DNA of 64,000 nucleotides from a virus. Taxonomy: Duplodnaviria > Caudoviricetes. Shown one piece after another: positions 20,467 through 29,223 of this stretch. Location of the stretch: IMG/VR virus record IMGVR_UViG_3300047491_000255, positions 32,001 to 96,000 of that record. One strand, written 5' to 3'. Position numbers and translations under genes: made by a program. Under the pieces are notes generated by a model, which was not told the DNA's origin, ran no database searches, and was given only the letters and a program-made list of their open reading frames with translations. The number at the start of each line of letters is the position of its first letter. The stretch's first letter is position 1.

Positions 20467-21270
20467 TCATACTCCACCAATTCGATTACTTTTCCATCCC
20501 CTTAGCCTGCCTGACAAGAAAGGAACTCCATGTGCTCCTCTTGAACCCCCAAGACCACGAATTGAATTGAAATAAAAAGATGTAGGCGGTGACAGGTAAT
20601 TCCCGCATTTGAATTTTGGGTTGTCCATCGCCTTTTCTGCCCTCTGTTCTGCATTTTGTTTGAGCGTCGTAAGCTGACTGGCAATATCCCCTCCACCACC
20701 CTCCATCTCATTAGGACCTATGGCAAATACCAAACGATACCTCCATAAGTCATAATCCAACAAGAGCTTCTCCATGCACATGGCATATGCCAAGTCAACA
20801 ATCACACCTTCCCAATTCGTCGGTGCTGAATCCACTGTATAACTCGTTGCTGGTCCTACTGCTGTCGAATTGATGACACTTACAGCCGCCGTAATAAAAC
20901 CTTCAAAAACTGGCTGAGTGAAGTAATCAAAAACATATGACGCTTCCACCGTGTCTCTAGACGCCCTCTGTCCATCCAAGTCCGGCGTTCCCGCCTTGAA
21001 TGTCCCATAAGTATAGTTTATATCTGTGACATCAGTTGTCATGTCCAACATCATGCCATTCTTACGAAGTGTCAGATTAGCACCTTGAAGCCAATTCCCG
21101 AAAGTGGTGTACCAAGTAACCCGATCCGGCTTGAGATTGCACGGCTCATCATCAATATGAATCTGACGAAAAGCCATAAGACGAGGCGTCATCAAGTCAT
21201 CAACGAGATGACTAAACTTCGCCGTCGTCCCTAACCCTGTTGGAATGAATGTTCCGGGGAATGTCGACAT
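20467..21270 (-). CDS. Neck/adaptor-like structural protein
   Basis: 267 aa; C-terminal helical part (WEGVIVDLAYA...DIASQLTTLKQ) resembles neck proteins. Confidence 0.5.
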   Translation of the reverse strand: MSTFPGTFIPTGLGTTAKFSHLVDDLMTPRLMAFRQIHIDDEPCNLKPDRVTWYTTFGNWLQGANLTLRKNGMMLDMTTDVTDINYTYGTFKAGTPDLDGQRASRDTVEASYVFDYFTQPVFEGFITAAVSVINSTAVGPATSYTVDSAPTNWEGVIVDLAYAMCMEKLLLDYDLWRYRLVFAIGPNEMEGGGGDIASQLTTLKQNAEQRAEKAMDNPKFKCGNYLSPPTSFYFNSIRGLGGSRGAHGVPFLSGRLRGWKSNRIGGV

Positions 21271-21271
21271 A

Positions 21272-22042
21272 TCAACTCCTGAAATCGCACTCGAACATCC
21301 ACTCGCCAGTCTGTGCCTCTTCCGGCTTCACAATAGCCAGCTTGGTATCCCCAACACAGAAGGCTTCCAGCGTAATCACCAACTCCGTGCCGTACTGAAG
21401 TGCCAATTCCTTTGCAGCCGCAAGAACCTGTCCCTGCGTCTCATACCTTTCTCGATACTTCGGATCACGGTCAATCGGCATATCACGATCAAAACCCCAC
21501 CGACGTTCCAAGACAAATCGTTTCTCAACAGGCCCCTTCCGTATCGGAAACTTCTCGATTGTCACCCGCTTTGCCTTCTTCGGTTCCCGAATCACTTTCT
21601 TCCGAATAACCGCTCTCAATGATCCTGATCCACCCCCATAGCCTTCCCCGTGCCCATACTCCCGCTCATCCTCTGCCAAGGCATTCTTCAGGGCTTCCTG
21701 CTCTGTCCAGCCTGTCCCACGAATTGTCCGAGTGTCCGTTCCAGACAACACCGACTTCGCCAATCTCAAAATGTCTTGGATTTCTCTCTTGGCTAGAAGA
21801 CTCTTGGCAACTTTCAGGATTTCAGATGACTCTCTTCTACGCAACCTCTTCTGAATCATACGGCGTTTCTCAACTTTATCTCGCTCTGTCTTTTGGAAAT
21901 TGTCGTCTTTTTGATGTTTCAGAGCTTTCCACTCATCATCTTCCATCAATGGGAGTCCACTCCCTGAAACTTCCAGAGCAACTCTGTCTGCAATCATATC
22001 CTCTCGACTATTCATTGCGACCATCCTTCCTCTCTCCATCAC
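21272..22042 (-). CDS. Hypothetical protein
   Basis: 256 aa with two copies of the IL..AKS.L helix. Confidence 0.7.
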   Translation of the reverse strand: MMERGRMVAMNSREDMIADRVALEVSGSGLPLMEDDEWKALKHQKDDNFQKTERDKVEKRRMIQKRLRRRESSEILKVAKSLLAKREIQDILRLAKSVLSGTDTRTIRGTGWTEQEALKNALAEDEREYGHGEGYGGGSGSLRAVIRKKVIREPKKAKRVTIEKFPIRKGPVEKRFVLERRWGFDRDMPIDRDPKYRERYETQGQVLAAAKELALQYGTELVITLEAFCVGDTKLAIVKPEEAQTGEWMFECDFRS

Positions 22043-22165
22043 TTCACTTCTCGAAGTGAAATTCCAGAATCATAACCATCGTGATTTATTAGCCCATCTG
22101 TATGAAACTCGTCGCCAACCAAAGGCGTTATTTGCCACGCCTTGCTATACGCCATCTGAACCTTC

Positions 22166-22399
22166 TTATCGTCTGATGTTGGCCGCTATGGAGTCACGCA
22201 GCGCGTTCACCTTGTCGAGCACGTCGCCGTATTCCTGTCCGGAGAACTCAGTGCGCCACATTTTCATGCCGACGACTTGACCGCCAGTGATGAGTCTCTC
22301 GCGTTTACGGGAGAATATCTTGTCGAGCGCGATTTCAAGATCGTCCAACAATGTGCCGGAGGGTACGACGGCCCCGGCGCCCGTGTTTGGTGTAGTCAT
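22166..22399 (-). CDS. Cassette-borne hypothetical protein
   Basis: MTTPNTGAG...AANIRR; ATG lies inside attC 22343-22441 and overlaps the upstream stop (ATGA). Confidence 0.65.
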   Translation of the reverse strand: MTTPNTGAGAVVPSGTLLDDLEIALDKIFSRKRERLITGGQVVGMKMWRTEFSGQEYGDVLDKVNALRDSIAANIRR

Positions 22400-22441
22400 G
22401 CGTCCTTTCCGGGGCCGTCGCCCCTCAGCACCGTGTTCGGC
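22343..22441 (+). mobile_element. attC-like recombination site
   Basis: R'' GTCCAAC ... R' GTTCGGC with internal inverted arms cgacggccccgg/ccggggccgtcg. Confidence 0.7.
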
Positions 22442-22677
22442 CTTAATACCCACCCTGCAAACCACGTATTCCGCCGCCATGACCACTCCAGCCCTATCGA
22501 CCGCATAGGCCAACCGTAATGCTGGTCGTGACCACCGTGCGTTTCGTCAACGCAGAGCAGACCGTATTTCTTGGCAATGTGCGAACCTACGCAGGCCACA
22601 CGGAAACGCCATGAGGCCGAACAAGGCTCGGGAGGGTAAGCCTCACCCGTGGTTGTCTTGCAATCGTCAGCTTTCAT
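22396..22677 (-). CDS. Cassette-borne hypothetical protein
   Basis: MKADDCKTT...LRPNTVLRGDGPGKDA; RBS GGAGG and ATG inside attC 22616-22706. Confidence 0.6.
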   Translation of the reverse strand: MKADDCKTTTGEAYPPEPCSASWRFRVACVGSHIAKKYGLLCVDETHGGHDQHYGWPMRSIGLEWSWRRNTWFAGWVLRPNTVLRGDGPGKDA

Positions 22678-22706
22678 TTCGGCTACCCTCCGCTTTGGTG
22701 TTGTAA
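22616..22706 (+). mobile_element. attC-like recombination site
   Basis: R'' GCCGAAC, arms ggagggtaagcc/ggctaccctcc, R' GTTGTAA; R'' is the exact complement of GTTCGGC that opens this cassette. Confidence 0.7.
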
Positions 22707-23079
22707 ACCGCCACTCCATCCTCAAATGACTTCAATGAGTAACGGCCTATGATACCGTTGAAGTTCCTTTACCAAAATCTTTGCATCCTTCATGTCCTTC
22801 AACCGAACCGCTACCTTTGCCGAAGTAACGAACCTTGATCCACGATACTTCCCTAAGCTGATTTCGACGGATACGACATCATGCCCTCTACCAATAAGGT
22901 CTTTTATCAGCATTTTATTTAAAGAATCACGGGCTGATTGTTCAAGACCATCCTTGTAATCTCTATCCTTCTCCCTTAAATTAGAAAAGACAGCATCGAA
23001 GATCAAATCTTCTTGCTGCCCTTTTGCGAAAAAACTGAAAGGCTACTTTCGCAGCCATGCTGTCTAATCTGTCTATCAC
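22700..23079 (-). pseudogene. Frameshifted gene interrupted at its 3' end by cassettes
   Basis: GTG at 23079 with RBS; reads VIDRLDSMAAKVA / FAKGQQEDLIFDA...QRY / GRYSLKSFEDGVAVYN across two single-base shifts. Confidence 0.5.
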
Positions 23080-23121
23080 TGGCACCTCTATTTATGTGCC
23101 AAGTATCAGATATTTATTACA

Positions 23122-23394
23122 TCAGCAGTAGCAAATTTGCTTGAGGCTTCTCAAATGATCTACGAAGACACGAGCCTTGACTGTTCCTGTTCCTCCAAAA
23201 TACATTGCCTTTGTCCTAGCAAGGTCCTGGTCAGGAAGAGCAAACACGAAGACAACCTTCTTGCCTCCATCCGGCGTATTGGAAGTTTCTGTTGTCTTCA
23301 ACTGGAAATCGAGGCTGCAGAGGAATGCTGCGAAATACAGATCGGATGTACGATACAATCTGATAGTCGCAGGAGAACTATTTACTTCATTCAT
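23122..23394 (-). CDS. DUF5659-like small protein
   Basis: YRTSDLYFAAFL...KVVFVF motif recalled from this phage family. Confidence 0.6.
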   Translation of the reverse strand: MNEVNSSPATIRLYRTSDLYFAAFLCSLDFQLKTTETSNTPDGGKKVVFVFALPDQDLARTKAMYFGGTGTVKARVFVDHLRSLKQICYC

Positions 23395-23407
23395 GCAGCC
23401 TTCTCCT

Positions 23408-23701
23408 TCATTTTACTTCTCGAACATCGCCGTTACCGTGATCGTAGGCTGCCAGGCGGACTGGAGCCTTTCGACCCTTTTGTCTATAAGCGGCTTTCGA
23501 GTTTTTAGCCTTCATCTCTTCTCCAAATTTAGACGAACGAATAAAATCTCCGCCTACCTTTACGGAGAGACTCAGCCCTTCATAGATACGGTTTGCCGTG
23601 CCTTTACATGAAGGACAGGGAGTAACCCGTGGTGCTTTACCAATCGGGTACTCCCCATCAAACCGTTTCCCGCATTTCTTGCATTGAAATGGAAACTGCA
23701 T
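23408..23701 (-). CDS. FmdB-like zinc ribbon protein
   Basis: FQCKKCG...CPSCKG with RIY following. Confidence 0.75.
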   Translation of the reverse strand: MQFPFQCKKCGKRFDGEYPIGKAPRVTPCPSCKGTANRIYEGLSLSVKVGGDFIRSSKFGEEMKAKNSKAAYRQKGRKAPVRLAAYDHGNGDVREVK

Positions 23702-23718
23702 GAATTACTCCCCCGTGA

Positions 23719-24681
23719 TTACCGGCATTCCTCGCCCAAACTCTTCGGCGGACGACCACGACGTGGTGCATCAACCTTTGGAGCCGTTTGAGCACTCAAC
23801 ATCTTCTCCAAACGGTCCAAACGAGCCTTCAGAGCCTCGTTTTCAGCCTTTAGACCCTCGTTCTGGGATACCATAGTGGACTGTTCAGAAGCCTCACCAA
23901 TGTCCTCGGGAGCCTCGCCATCGCCTTCTACGACACGAGCACCTACTTGGTCATCCCCTTCGACTACGGCTCTGCCTCTGAGCTTTGCAGATTCCTTCTT
24001 TCGGGTATCGGCCAACGCCTTAGCGTCTTCTTTCTTGGCATCAGCTTCTTCTCTGGAAGGAAGGTGTTGTCCGGCATTCATAGACATATGAGCTTTGCCG
24101 ACGAAACCAGCACCTAGATTATCATCTTTGACGACAGCCATCTTTACCGAACCAGTCGCCTTCAGACGAGCCCTCTCTGCGATGGAGCCAATATCCGTCT
24201 TACCCTTCAGACTCTCCAGACGATCTTCGACTGACTCATCGCCACGGATGATTTCCATGCCGTCAGTCTTGACCTTGGCTCTGGCAGCTTCCTTGGCCAG
24301 AGAGTTGATTTTCGACACCTTCGTTGCACTGATGTCAATTTCCTCATTGAGGTCCTGATCGGACTTGATAACCTGCATCTGCTGATCAGGCTTAAGAATC
24401 TTCTGCTGACTCACCGGCTTGGGACGAATTGCCTCAACGACTTCCGCTTTCGCCTCTTCGGAATAAGGAATCACCCAAGGATTATTCGGGAAGTTTTGAG
24501 AATGACGTTTCAGAACATCCAAGTCACGGGTATCATTGAAACGCCGACCGTCAATAATGAGCCTGCCATTAGACTCATCCAGTTCGATGACTGCTCCTGC
24601 TCGGAATGTTTCCTTGCAGTATCCAAAGTGAAGTTCCTTGACTGTCAGAATCCACTTCTCATTCGCTACTGTAGTAGCCAT
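23719..24681 (-). CDS. Hypothetical protein with C-terminal coiled coil and AT-hook-like motif
   Basis: GGAGG RBS before ATG 24681; PRRGRPPK near C-terminus. Confidence 0.7.
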   Translation of the reverse strand: MATTVANEKWILTVKELHFGYCKETFRAGAVIELDESNGRLIIDGRRFNDTRDLDVLKRHSQNFPNNPWVIPYSEEAKAEVVEAIRPKPVSQQKILKPDQQMQVIKSDQDLNEEIDISATKVSKINSLAKEAARAKVKTDGMEIIRGDESVEDRLESLKGKTDIGSIAERARLKATGSVKMAVVKDDNLGAGFVGKAHMSMNAGQHLPSREEADAKKEDAKALADTRKKESAKLRGRAVVEGDDQVGARVVEGDGEAPEDIGEASEQSTMVSQNEGLKAENEALKARLDRLEKMLSAQTAPKVDAPRRGRPPKSLGEECR

Positions 24682-24928
24682 TGCATCCTCCATACTTATT
24701 AATACTTCCGAAGTTAGAACATCCAACTCCGTTTCCCGATGACTTTACGTCGCCGGAAATCCTTATGTCAGGTCCAATGCCCTCTGAACCTTAGACTTCA
24801 AAACCTCAATTTCTCCTGCAGTAACCGATGGTTCTTTCGATCCACGATGTCTGAATACAAAATGTTGCTGGTCTCCGTGCAACTTGGGAAGATTGTTTAC
24901 TTCTCTTTGATCATCTCGTGCAATCACA

Positions 24929-25135
24929 CTAGTTGCCAAGATCATAAGTTGATGCCCCGAGAGACACCATGATGGTATTTAGCGTGACGAATGCTGCATC
25001 GTATACTGTGGGGTCTGCCAATTCAGCATTTCTGGCTATCAAAGAAACTGCCAGCGCATCACAATCAGCCTCTGTGATCGTAGCGGTCCGAACGATAGCG
25101 TCACACGAATTCTGAATAAGTTCTCTACTTGCCAT
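24929..25135 (-). CDS. Hypothetical protein
   Basis: 68 aa, AGGAG RBS. Confidence 0.6.
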   Translation of the reverse strand: MASRELIQNSCDAIVRTATITEADCDALAVSLIARNAELADPTVYDAAFVTLNTIMVSLGASTYDLGN

Positions 25136-25146
25136 AATTCTTCTCC

Positions 25147-25578
25147 TTATACAACGGTGACTATCGAACCACCAACACCGCCGAACCTAGTTCCGGTTCC
25201 TAAACGCCTCTGAATAGCAAGAGTACTCTCCTGAATCCATCCGAGAACGTCCAAAACCGATTTCTCGGCGTCAGTGACAGGAAGCCTCTTCAGGTCTCGT
25301 CCTATCACATCAACCAATTCGACTATGACCGAAATAGGCTCAGTAGCCAAATTGCACTGATATGCACTTCCGACAGCCGCTGCCGTTGCCCTCTTAAAAT
25401 ACTCTTCTTTTAACCAAGGTCTTGTACCCGTGTTTGCAATGGGATCATAGAATGATGCCACACAAACTCGATACAGAAGTTCTTCCAATCCAGTTGGATT
25501 GGTAATCCTAGCATTCCTAGATGCATTACGCACCCAACGAGAATACTGCCAACTTGATCCGGCTCCGTTCCATGCCAT
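25147..25578 (-). CDS. Hypothetical protein, paralog of 50198..50569
   Basis: Shared W.Y..WV, RPWLK, VIGRD and RFG...VTVV motifs. Confidence 0.75.
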   Translation of the reverse strand: MAWNGAGSSWQYSRWVRNASRNARITNPTGLEELLYRVCVASFYDPIANTGTRPWLKEEYFKRATAAAVGSAYQCNLATEPISVIVELVDVIGRDLKRLPVTDAEKSVLDVLGWIQESTLAIQRRLGTGTRFGGVGGSIVTVV

Positions 25579-25626
25579 AACACTTCCTCCGCCTTACACT
25601 CACTCTTAGAGACTAAAATTGCTTAG

Positions 25627-25881
25627 TTATTGAGCAAGAAGCACCGTTGCCCAAGCACGAGCGAGCTGTTCAACCGTGTCTGTCGGACGAAGGTCTACTA
25701 TGCCGTAAGTCCGAAGCGGATGAGACTTAGCAGGACCAAGACGAGACAAGAGCTTATCGGCCAGCTTACCAACTGCATCTGGATCAGCCGCCATATCCTG
25801 CCCTATTCCCAATGCCTGTAACTCTTTCGCAACAGCAACCAGTTCCTGAGCGACCTTAACTTCATTCCGCTGAATAATCAT
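25627..25881 (-). CDS. Hypothetical protein with shared helix
   Basis: KVAQELVAVAKELQA; AGGAG RBS. Confidence 0.65.
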   Translation of the reverse strand: MIIQRNEVKVAQELVAVAKELQALGIGQDMAADPDAVGKLADKLLSRLGPAKSHPLRTYGIVDLRPTDTVEQLARAWATVLLAQ

Positions 25882-25893
25882 GTCGATTCTCCT

Positions 25894-26130
25894 TTACGCC
25901 TTACCCGGAGTTTCAAATTTTCCAGGACGATCAGAATGCGGGATCACAACGCCAGCATTATTTCTCTCTCCACCAACCGCAGAACCATGATTGGTCTTCA
26001 AAGGCGCCGTGTTCAAAGCCTTTCCAATAACCCTCGTCTTGGCATCCATCAGAACGGGAATACCGCCCTCATTGGCTGCTACTTCGATTTCATTCTGCTG
26101 CTTATCCGTCGGATTACTCCTGTAGACCAT
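25894..26130 (-). CDS. Hypothetical protein
   Basis: GGAGG RBS before ATG 26130. Confidence 0.6.
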   Translation of the reverse strand: MVYRSNPTDKQQNEIEVAANEGGIPVLMDAKTRVIGKALNTAPLKTNHGSAVGGERNNAGVVIPHSDRPGKFETPGKA

Positions 26131-26216
26131 AATCATTCCTCCCTTTCTCTGAACAATCTTTTGACCGTGCGATCCTACACCTATATACAAAATATCAAAG
26201 AATTATTACTATAAAG

Positions 26217-26259
26217 AAAAAAGGGAGTCAATACCGTTTCCAGTATCAACTCCCTTTTT
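26217..26259. terminator. Intrinsic terminator after Ro60 gene (possibly bidirectional)
   Basis: aagggag...ctccctt inverted repeat flanked by A and T runs. Confidence 0.75.
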
Positions 26260-26275
26260 GTTTTACCCGTAAAGA

Positions 26276-28030
26276 CTACTTCACGGTCCACTTCTCACGA
26301 ACCTGCTCCACTGTCGGCAGAGCAACCGTTCCTCCAATGCCCTCGGCTTGAAGCATCATAGAGAAAATCTTCTCACTGAAGCCTCCAACTTGATTGACAT
26401 GATCCCCGGCATCAACCGGAGCATCGCCGTACCCGTTAAGGTGAACGAGGTGGAGCCAAGTCTCAGCCGCAGCCTTACTTGACTTCCTGTACTTCGCCCA
26501 TGCATCTGCAAACGGCTGACCACCACCATTTTGACAATCGACCCACATCTGGCAGTCTGTCAGGATGATTACCCGTGCCGGAGTCTTACCCGAATTGATC
26601 AGGTGTTCAATGCACAAATGACCATTCGTTCCACCCCCATTACCAGACTTCTTCACCTTCTCACAGACGCCCATAACGGTATTCGTCTTGGCGAAGCGAA
26701 CCTCCTTCACATTCGTTCCGAAAGAGAATAAATATGCCCTCTCGCACGCCTTGGCTGCGATTCCCGCAAGCATGTTCGCTGCATCACGACAGTCACGAGC
26801 CGACCTCTCAGACAGAGTGTTACTCGTCATTGAACCAGAGTTATCAGCAAACAGCATGGTCTCACCCGGAATAACCGGGATATTGTAACATGACTCGTTT
26901 GCGGCTAGTTCAATAGCTGCCTCGACCTCCGATAAGTCTGCAAGATCGAATTCGCCAGACATCCCATCCAGTGCCGTCTTCGCAGACAGGAACCTGAACG
27001 GCAGTTGCTTCGACTTCACAACCTCGTCCTTGTTCGAGAGCTTGTCCGACACCTTCTGAATGACATCCTTGGAAACCTTCGCCTCTATGATGTTCCGCAG
27101 GTTACGAAGAAGAGCCATGTAACCGACCAGACCATTGTTGATCAGGAACGACCACACCGCATTCTTCTCCTTGCCGAATTGAGACAGCAAGACCTCCCAA
27201 TTGACCTGTGACTTCTTCGCCAGATCACGAGCCTCATCGTCAAACACCGTCTTCTTCGCCAACTCCTTACGAGCGGCGATGATCGGAGTCTTTGCAGGGT
27301 CATCGATCTTCCCGGTGATGAAATACTTGGCAACCTCACCATTCAAAGGCCAACCAGCCTTACGAGGAAGCCAGCAAAGCACGTCCTTCCAAGTCGGGAA
27401 GCCAGTGTCGTCATACTTCATCAGTCCACGCTCACCGAACTTACCCACCGCATCAGACAGACCGGTAGCCAAACTATTCGGCAGATTCTTCAGTCCGAAC
27501 AGAAACCGATGAACCAGCAAACAGGTCTTCACCTCGTCCGGACGCTTCACGATGTACGGAGCGTACTTCCGTACCAAAGGCTTCGTGCCATCAACATGAG
27601 AGGCCAACACCAATAAGACCTGCGGGGTCAAACGGATGTTCATCTCGTTACGAAGCCAGTTGGCGATAGCCAGAATGTCCTCGGGAGTCTTACCCCGTGC
27701 AACATCCAAAGCCGTAGAAATCACCTCACGGGCAGTTTCCGGGAGCTCATCACAGGTGATAAAGCCCTTCAGCTTGCCATCCACGATCTCCAGCCTCTCG
27801 GCCAGCTTATCGAACTTGCCACCAGTCCCACGCTTCGGCACACAGACCGCAGCATTATAGAACTTCGGCTCTGCGAAAAACGAACCACCAGTCATGGTGA
27901 TGAGCTTCAACGCCGGGTCAGAGACCTCAAACGCCACTCCACCTGCCCGGTTGACCGTAACAGTCTTTGCGTTGCTCGGCAGACGTGCCGCCGCAGCCCT
28001 CTTCCTCGCTACCGTCTTGAACGTGCTCAT
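26276..28030 (-). CDS. rsr: Ro60/Rsr-like TROVE + vWA domain RNA-binding protein
   Basis: NRAGGVAF start, LRNEMNIR, RPDE, YMALLRNLRNI, SKQLPFRFLSA TROVE motifs; DNSGSM MIDAS, GGTN and ILTDCQ in vWA; AAGGAGG RBS before ATG 28030. Confidence 0.93.
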   Translation of the reverse strand: MSTFKTVARKRAAAARLPSNAKTVTVNRAGGVAFEVSDPALKLITMTGGSFFAEPKFYNAAVCVPKRGTGGKFDKLAERLEIVDGKLKGFITCDELPETAREVISTALDVARGKTPEDILAIANWLRNEMNIRLTPQVLLVLASHVDGTKPLVRKYAPYIVKRPDEVKTCLLVHRFLFGLKNLPNSLATGLSDAVGKFGERGLMKYDDTGFPTWKDVLCWLPRKAGWPLNGEVAKYFITGKIDDPAKTPIIAARKELAKKTVFDDEARDLAKKSQVNWEVLLSQFGKEKNAVWSFLINNGLVGYMALLRNLRNIIEAKVSKDVIQKVSDKLSNKDEVVKSKQLPFRFLSAKTALDGMSGEFDLADLSEVEAAIELAANESCYNIPVIPGETMLFADNSGSMTSNTLSERSARDCRDAANMLAGIAAKACERAYLFSFGTNVKEVRFAKTNTVMGVCEKVKKSGNGGGTNGHLCIEHLINSGKTPARVIILTDCQMWVDCQNGGGQPFADAWAKYRKSSKAAAETWLHLVHLNGYGDAPVDAGDHVNQVGGFSEKIFSMMLQAEGIGGTVALPTVEQVREKWTVK

Positions 28031-28127
28031 TCTTCTATCATCCTCCTTGAAGGTGACATTTCTGCCACCAATTCTGTGCCTTACGGCACCCTTATTATCA
28101 ATGTTCCACATAGAACATTGCCATCCT

Positions 28128-28167
28128 AAAAAACAAAAAACCGAACATCCTTTTATAGATGTCCGGC
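28128..28167 (-). terminator. Intrinsic terminator downstream of tRNA
   Basis: GCCGGACATCT-loop-GGATGTTCGGT followed by TTTTTGTTTTTT on - strand. Confidence 0.8.
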
Positions 28168-28173
28168 TTTGAT

Positions 28174-28250
28174 TGGTAGCGGGGGCAGGATTTGAACCTG
28201 CGACCTTCAGGTTATGAACCTGCTAAGCTACCTGGCTGCTCCACCCCGCA
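28174..28250 (-). tRNA. tRNA-Met(CAT), initiator type
   Basis: TGCGGGGTGGAGCAGCCAGGTAGCT...TTCATAA...GGTTCAAATCC...CCCGCTACCA; 1:72 mismatch, encoded CCA, close to bacterial tRNA-fMet. Confidence 0.95.
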
Positions 28251-28257
28251 ATCAAAA

Positions 28258-28353
28258 GCCGACACCGATAGACGTTTGTGGTGTTTTTTCCCATTAAAAT
28301 CTCTGATCTTGGCCGCTAAAGCGTCCATCCAACCACAAACTGAAGGCATCAAC
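28258..28353 (-). ncRNA. Candidate Y-like RNA 1 (96-nt stem-loop)
   Basis: GTTGATGCC/GGTGTCGGC stem, TTCA/GTCTATC internal loop, GTTTGTGGT/ACCACAAAC stem, 3' U run; adjacent to Ro60 gene. Confidence 0.55.
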
Positions 28354-28357
28354 CAAA

Positions 28358-28453
28358 TCTTGTGAACTAATCAAACTCCAATAGTCGCATTGAGAACGCT
28401 GTCTTTTCTATAGAAGTATCTCAACACTGAAGGAGTTTGATTAGTTCACAAGA
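28358..28453 (-). ncRNA. Candidate Y-like RNA 2 (96-nt stem-loop)
   Basis: Perfect 22-bp inverted repeat, then TTCA/GACTATT internal loop and a second stem; same loop motif as RNA 1. Confidence 0.55.
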
Positions 28454-28455
28454 AT

Positions 28456-28485
28456 ACTATACTCTCTATCTCTGAAAGTTTGCAA
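28456..28485 (-). promoter_or_regulatory. Sigma70-like promoter for the hairpin-hairpin-tRNA unit
   Basis: TTGCAA-18 bp-TATAGT with upstream A tract. Confidence 0.65.
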
Positions 28486-28509
28486 CACTTTTTTCGACTT
28501 TCAGAAAAA

Positions 28510-28917
28510 TGGTGGAGGCGAGGAGAGTCGAACTCCTGTCCGCATGACACATACTACCTAACATACACATGCTTCTTCACGATTCTTATCGACCCCGGAC
28601 TTGGTCTATCCCGTCTTTCCGAGATGTCTTTGACTATCTACCCCGGTGCGTCTCATTCCCGGTATCATCTGTCTTTGCAGATCGTCACCCACATTCTTTA
28701 ATCCTCATCCAGATGTCGTGGAGACTCTGGCGTTTTGGAGGTGTGCTGTTAAGCAGCCGCCAGCATCGGAGCAGCCGAAGCCGGACCGAAGAACCAGCGA
28801 GTCACCGATCCAACAGTTTTGCCTGTTAGTGTTTTTCAGGAAAGATTTACGAGGCCAACCTGAGTCCTCGGCATGTCATCAGGTTTCAACACCACACGTC
28901 GAATACCTTACGCCCCC
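28510..28917 (-). ncRNA. ssrA: tmRNA
   Basis: 5' GGGGGCG pairs with 3' CGCCTCC-ACCA including G3:U; T arm GGAGTTCGACTCTCC; tag frame 28823-28749 ends LAAA-stop. Confidence 0.95.
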
Positions 28918-28921
28918 ATTA

Positions 28922-28931
28922 TCAAAGAACA
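28922..28931 (-). promoter_or_regulatory. boxA-like antitermination site before tmRNA
   Basis: TGTTCTTTGA 4 nt upstream of the tmRNA 5' end. Confidence 0.6.
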
Positions 28932-29223
28932 GTCGGGCTTTCATGCACCCGATGAGAGGTTTCGGACTAAGCCTACTTCCAGCAGATTGTTACGTCACTT
29001 CTTTATACTCGGTTGGCAACCAGAACAATCAACAGTTTCGCCGACGATTACCGAGTTGAACATCGCTCCTACCTTGCAGCAGCTAGGCAACCTGCATCAT
29101 CGAGCGGAATACCGATGTCCATCTATCCACTCGTCATCATTACATTACCAGATTCCTTCCAGAATACAATAAAAAATTTTTGGTGACCTCTCCCTCCCGT
29201 CAAGCAGTACCAGAAGCATCTGG

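Noticed and set aside
22112-22184. GCCAAC...GTTGGCC as a further attC
   Set aside because: No convincing paired L boxes; GTTGGCC is better explained as the left insertion junction
22508-22575. Nested attC-like remnant (GGCCAAC...CTTGGC)
   Set aside because: R' lacks GTT and the element lies mid-ORF; at most a decayed site
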